Shown here in pieces: positions 31,081 to 40,890 of a DNA stretch of 64,000 bases. The translations under genes and the position numbers were made by a program. The notes below the pieces were generated by a model that made no database searches, was not told where the DNA came from, and saw only the letters and a list, made by a program, of their open reading frames with translations. The DNA is from Candidatus Krumholzibacteriales bacterium (GTDB lineage Bacteria; Krumholzibacteriota; Krumholzibacteriia; Krumholzibacteriales; WJIX01). The DNA lies in assembly GCA_046483305.1 (NCBI GenBank), contig JAWODM010000068.1, positions 1 to 64,000 on the forward strand. The letters run 5' to 3'. Position 1 is the stretch's first letter. The number at the start of each line of letters is the position of its first letter.

Positions 31081-31115
31081 ATTACGACAGATGTCGTTAC
31101 GATACCTGTCGTAAT
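31081..31115. repeat. Tandem dyad / long imperfect inverted repeat
   Basis: ATTACGACAGATGTCGTTACGATACCTGTCGTAAT: two ACGAYA-N2-TGTCGT dyads 15 bp apart. Confidence 0.75.
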
Positions 31116-31282
31116 TATTATTATACTCGTCAATAAAAGATGTAACTTTTTAAAATTAAATGGCCTGACGCAATAATGATATTCTGAAAATCAGACATTG
31201 CAATGGGCTTTTTCAGAAAATTGCCCATACATTGTGCAGATTATTTCAATATATGCCTGAATTATGCCAGGCCCTGTTCTTT

Positions 31283-31314
31283 AACTGACCGAATTCAGCT
31301 GAATTCGGTCAGTT
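31283..31314. repeat. 32-bp perfect palindrome
   Basis: AACTGACCGAATTCAG|CTGAATTCGGTCAGTT. Confidence 0.9.
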
Positions 31315-31426
31315 TATAGTACAAATTTCAGTAAAAAAGTGATGAAGTAATGTTATGGTTTGAAAATGAGATTTATTTTAGTATATTTTAAAAGAGGCTC
31401 CAATAAATAACCATAATGAGGACAGT

Positions 31427-33076
31427 ATGATATCCGGATACAGGCTTAAACCTGCAATTTTCCTGATGGCGGTGATTGTGGCGGCGGGCGCTGCTGAAGC
31501 ATCCGCCGGGGAACCTGTCCAGTTCACCATCGAATCCTCCAAGGATGAATATGTTGTCAACGAACCTGTCAGATTCAAGCTTAAACTAAAAAACATTTCT
31601 GAGACAGAACAGCGTGTGTTGACGGATACCGGGGAGGGGTTTTTATCATTAACAAGAAATATAGATTATTATATTACCACCCCCGCAGGAATAGAAGAAA
31701 AACGGTATATTCCCTGGGATTCCGATTTAATTGGAGGAATGGGGGATTACAAGGGCGTTCCTCTGGCTCCAGGCGACAGTCTGGTAGCTTATGTTTATCC
31801 TTTTCAGTCTTTCCTTGCAGGCAAAGTAACAAGAGAAAAAGTATTGAAAGAAAAAAAGAGACGCTACAGAACCTTCAATAAGCCGGGAACCTACAAGATC
31901 AGTATAGTCTATGAAGCGACACCTGAGAAATTTAATAATATCTATACAAGAGAAGGCGGTTTGAGATCGAATGAAATAACTGTTAATTTCAGGGAACCCG
32001 GACCAATTGAAAAGAAGATGATTGACGCAATGGAACACTCGCTTGGCGCTGATATTTATATATATGACAGGGTGGAACCAGAAGATGCTGAGATTATGTC
32101 CGAGTTAATAGAGAAATACCCTGATAACCCCCTGACAAGGCACCTGGAGCTGCGGGTTGCCAATGCCAGATACTGGGAGGGAAAGCTGGAAGAAGCTGCC
32201 GAAAAGTTCAGGGAGGTCAACAGGAAGTATCCTGATTTCAGGTATCATAATGTCCAGCTGTTTTTAGCCATGACATATCTGAAGATGGGAAAGAAAGAGA
32301 AGGCTATAGAGGCAATTGACACCGCTTTCAGGAACGATCCCGAATGCCGGGAATTACGCAGTCTTAACGAACTGAAGGCTGAAATCCTGTATGGCAAAAG
32401 AGAAGGTTATCGAAAATGGATGAAAGCCAGGGTAAAGGGGATAGATCTATTTAAGAAAGAAAATTCCGGTATTATGAAAAACCCACCTGAGGATTTGCTT
32501 CCGGAGGCTGAAAAGGTTTTAGGAGAACACTTTAGGACAAATCCCGATTCTTACAAACAGACGCCCTACTTCAATCCTGAAGATGACCTTATGGATTTCA
32601 GGCTGGGTGACCCTTACCCGGCATACCATCTTGATGTTCGGAAGGTTTATCGAATGGAAGATACAAGCGATTTCAAGAATGCTCTGGATTTTCGCAGCTG
32701 GAATTTGCCGATTTATATCGGTGATGAAAAGAATCCCAGGACTATTATACGAATGAAAAAATACATTGACGGGAAATGGTATCCAGGAGGTGGGGGATCG
32801 GCACAGCCTATTGTCGAGGTCAGGGAAAAATATCCGGGTGAGGAAGGGTATAAATACGCTCATTTAGTGAGCAGAAGTGATCTTAGAGAAATCTTTTTGA
32901 TAGAAAGAGATGAAGAATTTGAAATATATATTCCAGGTCAGGACAGTTATAAAGCAGGATTATTCGGGCTCAGTAAAGACAGTGCCGGATATTATCCCGC
33001 GATACCGCTGGATCAGCTGGTTGGCCATATAAAAAGTAACTGGAAATATAGCGGAAGGGGAAAAGGGCTTAATTAA
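31427..33076 (+). CDS. Secreted hypothetical protein with central TPR-like helices; AT-rich relative to flanks
   Basis: Signal peptide, beta-rich N-domain (KDEYVVNEPVRFKLKLKN), TPR-like LAMTYLKMGKKEKAIEAI; GAGG RBS. Confidence 0.8.
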   Translation: MISGYRLKPAIFLMAVIVAAGAAEASAGEPVQFTIESSKDEYVVNEPVRFKLKLKNISETEQRVLTDTGEGFLSLTRNIDYYITTPAGIEEKRYIPWDSDLIGGMGDYKGVPLAPGDSLVAYVYPFQSFLAGKVTREKVLKEKKRRYRTFNKPGTYKISIVYEATPEKFNNIYTREGGLRSNEITVNFREPGPIEKKMIDAMEHSLGADIYIYDRVEPEDAEIMSELIEKYPDNPLTRHLELRVANARYWEGKLEEAAEKFREVNRKYPDFRYHNVQLFLAMTYLKMGKKEKAIEAIDTAFRNDPECRELRSLNELKAEILYGKREGYRKWMKARVKGIDLFKKENSGIMKNPPEDLLPEAEKVLGEHFRTNPDSYKQTPYFNPEDDLMDFRLGDPYPAYHLDVRKVYRMEDTSDFKNALDFRSWNLPIYIGDEKNPRTIIRMKKYIDGKWYPGGGGSAQPIVEVREKYPGEEGYKYAHLVSRSDLREIFLIERDEEFEIYIPGQDSYKAGLFGLSKDSAGYYPAIPLDQLVGHIKSNWKYSGRGKGLN

Positions 33077-33155
33077 ACAAGAGCTGGATAATAATTCGAA
33101 GATGCACCTGAGAATGGGCCTGGAAATATATAAACCTTTACAAACCTCGACCTAC

Positions 33156-33184
33156 TTGAGAATCCGCCTCCCGGATGCTATAAT
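33156..33184 (+). promoter_or_regulatory. sigma70 promoter with extended -10
   Basis: TTGAGA-17-TATAAT with TG one base upstream of the -10. Confidence 0.65.
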
Positions 33185-33226
33185 TAAACAGACGCCATCC
33201 GATATTAATAACAAAAGGAGCTGCCT

Positions 33227-34411
33227 GTGATGAAGAAACTAACCGGCCTGTTAATAATACCCTTACTAATTACCGCTATATTGACCTCCTGCACCGAAGA
33301 GGAGGAAGTAAACGTTCCGGTGGATAACACCCCGGATGTGGAGATCACCTCCCCGCCTGACGGGTCATTATATATGTTCGGCGATACCGTGCAGTTCTCC
33401 GGGACCGCCACCGACGAGGAAGAGGGCGCTCTGCCGGACAGCGTGATGGCCTGGACCAGCGACCAGGATTCACTGCTGGGAACGGGAAGAAGCTTCAGCA
33501 GGAACGACCTTTCCGTCAATACCCATGTGATAGAACTGAAGGCGACCGACAGCTCCGGCAAGAGCGGGACCGACCATGTGACTATTACGGTGGAATTCTA
33601 CGAGTTCGTCCCGGTCCCCGGGGGAACCTACGATATGGGTTACGATGGCGTAGCTGTTCCGGTTCATCAGGCCGCCGTGGATCCCTTCCAGATATCGGAG
33701 CTGGAAGTCCCCTACCGCCTGTGGGAGCAGATCAGATCCTGGGCTGCATCCAACGGATACATCTTTATCAACGAGGGACAGCCCGGCAACGATACGCCGC
33801 CATTTACCGACGAGCATCACCCGGTCACGGAAATCAGCTGGACAGACTGCGTGGTCTGGTGCAATGCCCTCTCCGAGAAGAATGGGTTGACCCCGGTTTA
33901 TTACTATGCGGGCACCTCTCATACCCCGGCCAACGTCTGCAGAATAGCGCCGGTAGCCGGAGACAGCTGCGAAGTGGAACCCTCCGCCGACGGTTACAGG
34001 CTGCCCACCGAGGCGGAATGGGAATACGCGGCCAGGTATATAGACGGAAGCAGCTTCGAACCGGGAGATCAGCACAGCGGCTACAGCATCGATGCGAGTA
34101 TATCAAACTGCGCCTGGTTCAGGGATAATTCAACCGACCATACTCACCGGGGAGGGCAGAAGGCCGCTAACCCGCTGGGGCTTTACGACATGAGCGGGAA
34201 TGTCTGGGAATGGTGCTGGGACAGGAATGAACAGTACCCCGGGGGATCAATCCCGGCGATTCACTTCGGCCCGGCAGCGGGAGAGCCACGTATTATCCGG
34301 GGTGGAAGCTATCAGTTTGATCAGATCTACTGCAGGAGTTCGTTCCGGGGATCGTCTTCGCATTACAATACCAATATTGATATTGGGTTCCGCCTCTGCC
34401 GGAACGACTGA
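33227..34411 (+). CDS. Lipoprotein with Ig-like domain and FGE-sulfatase (SUMF1/CLec-fold) domain
   Basis: Lipobox LTSC; ITSPPDG...ATDEEEG Ig-like module; YRLPTEAEWEYAAR, GLYDMSGNVWEWCWD, RGGS, GFRL. Confidence 0.9.
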   Translation: MMKKLTGLLIIPLLITAILTSCTEEEEVNVPVDNTPDVEITSPPDGSLYMFGDTVQFSGTATDEEEGALPDSVMAWTSDQDSLLGTGRSFSRNDLSVNTHVIELKATDSSGKSGTDHVTITVEFYEFVPVPGGTYDMGYDGVAVPVHQAAVDPFQISELEVPYRLWEQIRSWAASNGYIFINEGQPGNDTPPFTDEHHPVTEISWTDCVVWCNALSEKNGLTPVYYYAGTSHTPANVCRIAPVAGDSCEVEPSADGYRLPTEAEWEYAARYIDGSSFEPGDQHSGYSIDASISNCAWFRDNSTDHTHRGGQKAANPLGLYDMSGNVWEWCWDRNEQYPGGSIPAIHFGPAAGEPRIIRGGSYQFDQIYCRSSFRGSSSHYNTNIDIGFRLCRND

Positions 34412-34438
34412 TACTGCCGGGATTTCTCAGGCCCCGAC

Positions 34439-34816
34439 CTATTTCTTGCTGTATAGATAGCTGTTCACCTTTTCGATCAGCTGGCTGGGGCTGAACGGCT
34501 TCACCACGTAATCGCTGGCTCCCACTTCGTAGCCGAGGCGCTTGTCTATCCCTCTGCCCTTGGCGGTCAGGAGAATCACCGGAATCCGCTTGGTCAGAGG
34601 GTCGCGCTTGAGCACCCTGCACACCTCGTACCCGTCAACCTTCGGCATCATAATATCCAGAATGATCAGGTTGGGCTGCTCCTTCCGGGCCTTGCTGATC
34701 GCCTCCTCGCCGTTGGCGGCGGTGACCACTTCGTAACCTTCGGCCCCGATACTGAACTCCATTATCTGGGTGATGTTGACCTCGTCGTCAACCACCAGTA
34801 CTTTTCTCTCTGTCAT
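34439..34816 (-). CDS. Single-domain response regulator
   Basis: VVDDE, ILDIMMP (phospho-Asp), LTA, KPF; ATGA overlap with upstream gene. Confidence 0.93.
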   Translation of the reverse strand: MTERKVLVVDDEVNITQIMEFSIGAEGYEVVTAANGEEAISKARKEQPNLIILDIMMPKVDGYEVCRVLKRDPLTKRIPVILLTAKGRGIDKRLGYEVGASDYVVKPFSPSQLIEKVNSYLYSKK

Positions 34817-37800
34817 ACCTTCTCCTTCACTCTCTCTTTCTTATCCGTTTTTTCAGTCTCAATTTCCTTTTCTGTCAGATAACCCCGGAAGGAATCCAGC
34901 TCTTTGATCTCGCCGGACTCCCTGAATTCTTCTATTACCCTGACGAATGCATCCCACAGGTCGGGGTCGAACTTATCCCCCACGCTTCTGCCTATCTCCT
35001 CAACCGCTTCATCCACCGAGTAGCTTCTCCGGTAGGGGCCCTGGCTCAGAAGAGCCCTGAAAGCATCCACCATCTGGATCACCCTCGCCCCGATATAGGT
35101 GCCGGAGGCAACCTTTCCGTCCGGATAGCCGCCCCCCGAGTATTTCTCGTGGTGGCTCCTGATCATCTCCATAATCCTGCCGTCCAGCTCCATCGGCGCA
35201 AGCAGAGAGTAGCCGGCGCTGGTATGTTCTCTGAGTTTTTCCCACTCCTGATCGCTGAGTTCCTCTCTCTTGCCCCTGATCTGCCTGGGAACCATCATCA
35301 TCCCCACATCGTAGAGGTTCATCCCCAGCCTGAGCGCGGTGAGAGACTGCTCGTCCAGGCCGGCCTTCTCGCCGATACTGACAGCCATCCTGGAGTACAC
35401 GGCGATATTCTTGCTTCCCACGCTCTCTCTGAAATCGAGAATGGTTCTCATCGCCTCCCTGAGGTTCTCGAAATTCTCCGATACATTTTCGTAATTCTCC
35501 AGCTGCTTTAGCATATTGACCAGCAGCCCGCTGAGAGCTTCCAGCACCTTCCCGTCGAAGGGGGAGAACTCCTTGCCCTCCACATGGTCGCTGACATTAA
35601 CCACTCCCACCACTTCTTCGCCGTCCATCAGGGGCGCCGATATGAATGAGTGGGTTCCGTAATACGCGGAGTTGTTGGCCATCCTGAACTGGTCATCCTC
35701 TTCTATGTCATTAATATGCGCCGCCTTGCCTTCTTCGAACACCCTGCCGGCAATCCGCTCTCCGACCCTTACCTTGGTGTTCTGAACGAATTCGGGATCC
35801 ATCCCCTTGGCCGCCACCACCCGCAGGACGTTCTCGGTCTCGTCCAGGGCCATTATGGAGGCCTTTCTGGCCTGCAGGAACCCGGCCAGAGTCTCCACGA
35901 TCAGCGACAGGAAACGCTCCCGGTTGAACCTGGTCGCTCCCACTATCCCCGCGGTGCTGCTGTTTCTTACCACCGTGTCCCTGATCGGAAGGAGTACGGT
36001 AAACCTCGCTCCGGCCTCCTTGATATTCTCCACCCAGATCCGTCCGTCATGCCATTCCACAATATCCTTGCATATGGCCAGTCCCAGTCCGGAGCCCCCG
36101 TGCTCCCTGGTGTTGCTGGCGTCGACCTGGTGAAACCTCTCGAAAACCGTCTCCAGCTGGTCTTCGGGAATGCCCCTTCCGGTGTCCTGCACGATTATCC
36201 TGACAGCGGAGGCTTCCTCCTCCAGGGCCACCTTGACGTTACCCCCGGCGGGGGTGAACTTTATCGAATTGGCGAACAGGTTGGAGAGCAGCTGCCTGAT
36301 CATGGAGCTGTCCGCTTCGATATAGACGTTGGAGGCGGGAAGGCGCAGGTCGCAACCTACCTCGGCGCCCAGCATCTGTTCTCTGAATCCATCATGGACA
36401 TCCTTGATGATGCCGGTAATATCGCATAGCTTCTTTTCATACCTGAGCTGCCCGGCCTCCATGGTGGAGTAATCCAGTATATTGTCGACCAGGCTGATAA
36501 CCTTGTCGTTCTCCTCGCTCATTATATTCAGGAACTCTCCCACCCTTTCGCGCTCCAGAGATGCAAGATTCTGAATCAGGGTTTCGGCGTATGCCTTTAT
36601 AGAGGTGAGGGGGGTCTTCAGCTCATGAGACACAATGGAAAGGAAATTGGATTTCAGCTGGTTGGCGCCCTCCAGCTCCTGCCTGCACTGCATCACGGCC
36701 GCCTCCAGCCGGCGCCTCTGTTCTTTTCCGGCCTCCAACATATTAAGCTGGCTGACCAGCTCCGAGCAGCTCTTAAGAAATGTTTCATCCAGGCTAATCC
36801 CGTAGTTGAAAAATCCCACCGTGAAAAAGCTTTCCACCTTGCCGCCGTTCCGGACCGGATAAATATACACCGATTCGGCTTTCCAGGTGATATTGGCGGG
36901 GACGAAAAGCACGCTGTCCTCACCCAGTTCTCCCCGGCTGAGCGGGTACCCGTTACTGCCGCCTCCGTTATTCCTGAAATAACTGAGGTAATCCTTCCTG
37001 GAGGTCAGCGAGGCCATCTCATAGAAATTATCCCCGCCGCAGCTGCCTGAACAGGCCCTGATTCCAAACCCCCCTTCCGATGAGAGGGAGGTCTTGATCA
37101 TTGCGAAATCGGCCCGGTATTCCTTCCTGATCGCTTCGGTTATCATGCGGTATTTGTCAGTCAGGTTATCGGTCGATGAGATACTATTTATCAGTTTTTC
37201 CAGCCTATCCGACGATCCAAGCGAATCATCCCTGAACCCGGATTTTTCGCCGAACCCGGCCGCAGCCGGAGCTATAACAAAGAGAACCATCCCTGCCACG
37301 TCAAGAAGGGCTACCATCTGAGTCCAGAAGGAGGCGCTGGAAACAATCCCCGTAATTACCGCTCCCTGAATGAAGCCGGCTCCAGATATCATGGCGGCAG
37401 CCGCCAGCGCCGCCAGCGCGCCCTTTCCGGCCCGGTAACTCTTTTCCAGAAAACCGACCCAGAGACCGGCGGCCGCGAAGGTTCCTACCATCAGCATGAC
37501 GCTCACCGGAGTCACCCTTATGGAAGAAAGCCATATATATAGAGCTGTCAGGGAAGACGAAGAAATTATCCCGGCCGGCATGATTTCCCTGTCGAAAAGA
37601 GGCATTCTGAACCCTCTCAGCGAACCGGCCAGGGATACCAGGACTATATACAATCCCGCCTGGCCTGCCAGAAAAGAGATCTCTCTCCACCCGGCGGAGA
37701 AGAAATTATTCACGAAGGCCAGCCTGGAGAGAACGATCAGGGCCAGTCCCGCTGCCGCCTGCCAGCCGATCCTTCCCTTGCCCCTGGCAAATCTCAGGTA

Positions 37801-37893
37801 CACCCCTGCCGCGGACAGCAGCAGGATAACTATCCCGTATGAAGCCGTTCCGGAGTACCCGGAAAATATCCTTTCTGTACCTTCGATAATCAA
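34813..37893 (-). CDS. Membrane histidine kinase-GAF-HD-GYP fusion (HD changed to YD)
   Basis: Several N-terminal TM helices; SHELKTPL; NSIKF, DTGRGI, GSGLGL; GAF (GERIAGRV, SFISAPL); LYDVG, HHEKYSGGGYP, VDAF. Confidence 0.88.
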   Translation of the reverse strand: MIIEGTERIFSGYSGTASYGIVILLLSAAGVYLRFARGKGRIGWQAAAGLALIVLSRLAFVNNFFSAGWREISFLAGQAGLYIVLVSLAGSLRGFRMPLFDREIMPAGIISSSSLTALYIWLSSIRVTPVSVMLMVGTFAAAGLWVGFLEKSYRAGKGALAALAAAAMISGAGFIQGAVITGIVSSASFWTQMVALLDVAGMVLFVIAPAAAGFGEKSGFRDDSLGSSDRLEKLINSISSTDNLTDKYRMITEAIRKEYRADFAMIKTSLSSEGGFGIRACSGSCGGDNFYEMASLTSRKDYLSYFRNNGGGSNGYPLSRGELGEDSVLFVPANITWKAESVYIYPVRNGGKVESFFTVGFFNYGISLDETFLKSCSELVSQLNMLEAGKEQRRRLEAAVMQCRQELEGANQLKSNFLSIVSHELKTPLTSIKAYAETLIQNLASLERERVGEFLNIMSEENDKVISLVDNILDYSTMEAGQLRYEKKLCDITGIIKDVHDGFREQMLGAEVGCDLRLPASNVYIEADSSMIRQLLSNLFANSIKFTPAGGNVKVALEEEASAVRIIVQDTGRGIPEDQLETVFERFHQVDASNTREHGGSGLGLAICKDIVEWHDGRIWVENIKEAGARFTVLLPIRDTVVRNSSTAGIVGATRFNRERFLSLIVETLAGFLQARKASIMALDETENVLRVVAAKGMDPEFVQNTKVRVGERIAGRVFEEGKAAHINDIEEDDQFRMANNSAYYGTHSFISAPLMDGEEVVGVVNVSDHVEGKEFSPFDGKVLEALSGLLVNMLKQLENYENVSENFENLREAMRTILDFRESVGSKNIAVYSRMAVSIGEKAGLDEQSLTALRLGMNLYDVGMMMVPRQIRGKREELSDQEWEKLREHTSAGYSLLAPMELDGRIMEMIRSHHEKYSGGGYPDGKVASGTYIGARVIQMVDAFRALLSQGPYRRSYSVDEAVEEIGRSVGDKFDPDLWDAFVRVIEEFRESGEIKELDSFRGYLTEKEIETEKTDKKERVKEKV

Positions 37894-40865
37894 TGAAATA
37901 TCTTTCTTCCCGATCTGTTTCTGAGTTTCTCTACAATCCTTATATAATCACCTGAATCCAGCTCCCCCTCATCGAAGAGCACATCCACGAAGGTTGCCAC
38001 CACCGTTGAATCGAACTGGGTTCCGGAGTTATACACCAGTTCATCCAGAGCTCCCTTCGGAGTGAGCTTCTCCCGGTACGGCCGGTCGTTGGTCATGGAG
38101 CTATAGGCATCCAGCACCGAGAGAATCCTCGCGCCCAGGGGAATCTTTTCCCCTTTGAGCCCCATCGGATAACCTTTGCCGTCCACACGCTCATGGTGGA
38201 AAAGTATTATCTTGCTGACCATCTCCACGAACTCGAACGGCCTGATCAGTTCGGCCCCCCTCTTGGTATGTTTCTTTATCTCCTCGGCCTCTTCCAGAGT
38301 CAGCTTGAGGGCCTTCTCCAGGATATCATCCGCCACACTGGTCATTCCGATATCATGGACGCTGGCCACGTACTGAATAACCCTGGCTTCCTTCTGGTTG
38401 ATGTTGAGCTTCTTGGCTACCTTTACCGCCCAGTTGACTACTCTCTGCCGTCTTCCCACTACATCATCCTCGTAAATCTTCAGCACGGAGCGCAGCGAAT
38501 GCAGTGTCTGTTCGATAAATCCCTGGAAATCTTCGGCCATTCTGATTCTCTCTATCACCTTGGAGATCCGCATACTCAGGCTCTTGAGCAGGGCCAGGTC
38601 GTCTTCGTTGAAGGATTCCCCGGAGGTCTTGTTATTGACGTTGATGACCCCCAGTATATTCGATCCCACCATAATGGGAACGCTGATCAGGGACTTGGTC
38701 TCGTACTGCGGCCTGCTCTTGCCCTCGGTAATACCTATCTCCTCGATATTGTCTATCAGCATGGGCTTGCCGGTCTCCACCACCTTGCCGGCGATACTGC
38801 TTCCCACCTTTACCCTGGTGGTTTCCACTATATCCTTATCCAGCCCGTAAGCGTTCTTGATGAAAAGCTCCTCGCCCTCATCGTCAATGATCATTATCGA
38901 GACTATCTTGGCTGAAAGCACTTCGGCCACCACCCGGACCGCCAGGCTGAACATTTCGTTGATCTCACTCTCTATCTCCGAAGAGCCGGAAAGCAGCCCC
39001 AGAAGGTTGGTGAAATGATGCTCTTTCGGCAGGGTGAATGTAAATTCGGTCCCCTTTCCGATATCGCTCCTGACGCCTATCTCTCCGCCATGCTGTTCCA
39101 CGATATTCTTGACAATGGCAAGGCCCAGGCCCACTCCCCTGCCCAGGCCGCTCCTGGCCTGGTAAAACCTCTTGAATATATTCTTGATATCTTTCTCGGA
39201 TATCCCCTCCCCTTCGTCCCTTATACTGAACTTGATGGAAACCGGTTCCTCCACCGCGTTCACATAGATCTTCCCGCCGGAGGGTGAGAACTTTGCGGCG
39301 TTACCGATAATATTTATAAAGACCTGTTTGACCAGGTCGGGGTCGCCGTCGATACCCGGTATCTCCTCGGGGATGCTCTTGGCCAGACTGAGGCTCTTCT
39401 CATTCAAATAGGGCTGCAGGGATGATTCCACATCCTTAAGCAGATCAGACACATCGATATCCTGTCTCTTGAGACTCTTCTGGCCGAACTCTATTCTGGA
39501 AACGTCCAGAACCTTGTTTACCATTCTGATAAGACGCTCCGTCTCATTGAGTATTACCTTCAGGAATTCGCTTCTCTCAGGGAAATTACCCTCATCGGCA
39601 TGTTCCATCAGAGATTCGACGTAAGCCTTTATGGAGGTAAGGGGGGTCTTGAACTCATGGGAGAGATGGGAGATATACCCTACCTTGAGCTTGTTCGAAT
39701 TCCTCAGACTGTCGTTTTCCCTCTCCAGCCTGTTTACCCGCCTGTCCATCACCTTGTATAGCCTGCTCTTCTCAATGGCGCTGGCCAACTGGGCGGAAAG
39801 TATGGTGAGCAGTTTCATGTCCTCCTCCAGAACAGGCTTTCTCCTCTCCTCGCCTCCGACCATCAGAATTCCGACATTGCCGCGGCTGGATATAATGGGT
39901 ACAGCTATAAATGAAGCGATGTTCTTCCGGTCCAGAATCATCGACGTTGATGCGGACCTGTGGCTGAGCACATTCTCGATTATCAGCCCGCTGTCGTCCT
40001 GGAACATCTCCCTGACCAGGGGGTCTTCGGTAAAGTTGCCGCAGATATCTTTATTGGTAACGGCCTCTTCGCTTATCTCCACGTAATCGAGGACCTCGTT
40101 CTCATTGGCCAGAAGCATTATAGCCGACCAGGATCTGTCCAGAAGGAGGGTGACCTCCTTGCAGACCATCTTCAGGAGCGTTTCCAGGCTTATCACCGAG
40201 TTGATGCCCAGGCTGATATCGTGCAGCCTGGTAAGCTCCATTATCTTGTTCCTGGACCTCTCTATCTTGCTTTCGGTACTCCTGAAAAATACCAGAAAGT
40301 TCTTGTAATAGGCGGTAAATACGTAGGACATCAGCCCCATGAATCCGGCCAGTATCAGGAGGACTCCCCCCATGAAATCCCAGTTCATTATGGAGGCGTG
40401 ATCTCCCGGATAACAGGAATAATGAGGTATTGTTCCGGTCAGTTCCATAGCCGACAGAGCGCCCAGGATGGCGATGCTTATAGCCGATACAGCCACGCTG
40501 GTGATTATTGACGAGTCGATCCTGGTTGAGAAAAACAGTGGTAGCACGATAATGAACAGGAACGGGCTCCAGGCCGAACCGGTGAGGTAGATGATGGAAA
40601 TGACGGTGATAATATCCAGCGCTATGGCGGCTCCGTTTGCAATTTTGTCGGAAAGGCTGTTCTGCTTGCAGGCGGAATTCTGAAAAACCGCAATAACAAA
40701 GTGAAGGAACATCGAGACCAGGAATACACTGGCCACCAGGTCCGAGCGGAAGTTGAATCCGGCCAGCTCCCTGGCCAGGTAGAGGATTACCAGAATGGTG
40801 GCAAGCTCTATCATTCTTATATTCAGAACATTTATCAGATCTTTATATTTAAGGTCTTTTTCCAA
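37890..40865 (-). CDS. Membrane GAF-histidine kinase-GAF-HD-GYP fusion
   Basis: TM region; GAF (SFIAVPI); SHEFKTPL; NAAKF, DEGEGI, GVGLGL; GAF (GSSIAGKV, SLISVPI); VHDIG, HHERVDGKGYP, LDAY. Confidence 0.9.
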   Translation of the reverse strand: MEKDLKYKDLINVLNIRMIELATILVILYLARELAGFNFRSDLVASVFLVSMFLHFVIAVFQNSACKQNSLSDKIANGAAIALDIITVISIIYLTGSAWSPFLFIIVLPLFFSTRIDSSIITSVAVSAISIAILGALSAMELTGTIPHYSCYPGDHASIMNWDFMGGVLLILAGFMGLMSYVFTAYYKNFLVFFRSTESKIERSRNKIMELTRLHDISLGINSVISLETLLKMVCKEVTLLLDRSWSAIMLLANENEVLDYVEISEEAVTNKDICGNFTEDPLVREMFQDDSGLIIENVLSHRSASTSMILDRKNIASFIAVPIISSRGNVGILMVGGEERRKPVLEEDMKLLTILSAQLASAIEKSRLYKVMDRRVNRLERENDSLRNSNKLKVGYISHLSHEFKTPLTSIKAYVESLMEHADEGNFPERSEFLKVILNETERLIRMVNKVLDVSRIEFGQKSLKRQDIDVSDLLKDVESSLQPYLNEKSLSLAKSIPEEIPGIDGDPDLVKQVFINIIGNAAKFSPSGGKIYVNAVEEPVSIKFSIRDEGEGISEKDIKNIFKRFYQARSGLGRGVGLGLAIVKNIVEQHGGEIGVRSDIGKGTEFTFTLPKEHHFTNLLGLLSGSSEIESEINEMFSLAVRVVAEVLSAKIVSIMIIDDEGEELFIKNAYGLDKDIVETTRVKVGSSIAGKVVETGKPMLIDNIEEIGITEGKSRPQYETKSLISVPIMVGSNILGVINVNNKTSGESFNEDDLALLKSLSMRISKVIERIRMAEDFQGFIEQTLHSLRSVLKIYEDDVVGRRQRVVNWAVKVAKKLNINQKEARVIQYVASVHDIGMTSVADDILEKALKLTLEEAEEIKKHTKRGAELIRPFEFVEMVSKIILFHHERVDGKGYPMGLKGEKIPLGARILSVLDAYSSMTNDRPYREKLTPKGALDELVYNSGTQFDSTVVATFVDVLFDEGELDSGDYIRIVEKLRNRSGRKIFH

Positions 40866-40890
40866 TTGGCCCGCAGTCCTTTCTCCCTGT

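Noticed and set aside
31254..31269. Possible sigma54 site TGGCATAATTCAGGCA on the minus strand
   Set aside because: The -12 element lacks TTGC, and priA has a closer sigma70-like promoter
34280..34411. FGE/CLec lipoprotein C-terminus as a diversity-generating retroelement target
   Set aside because: No reverse transcriptase or template repeat seen in the window; only a genome-wide search could reveal a remote template
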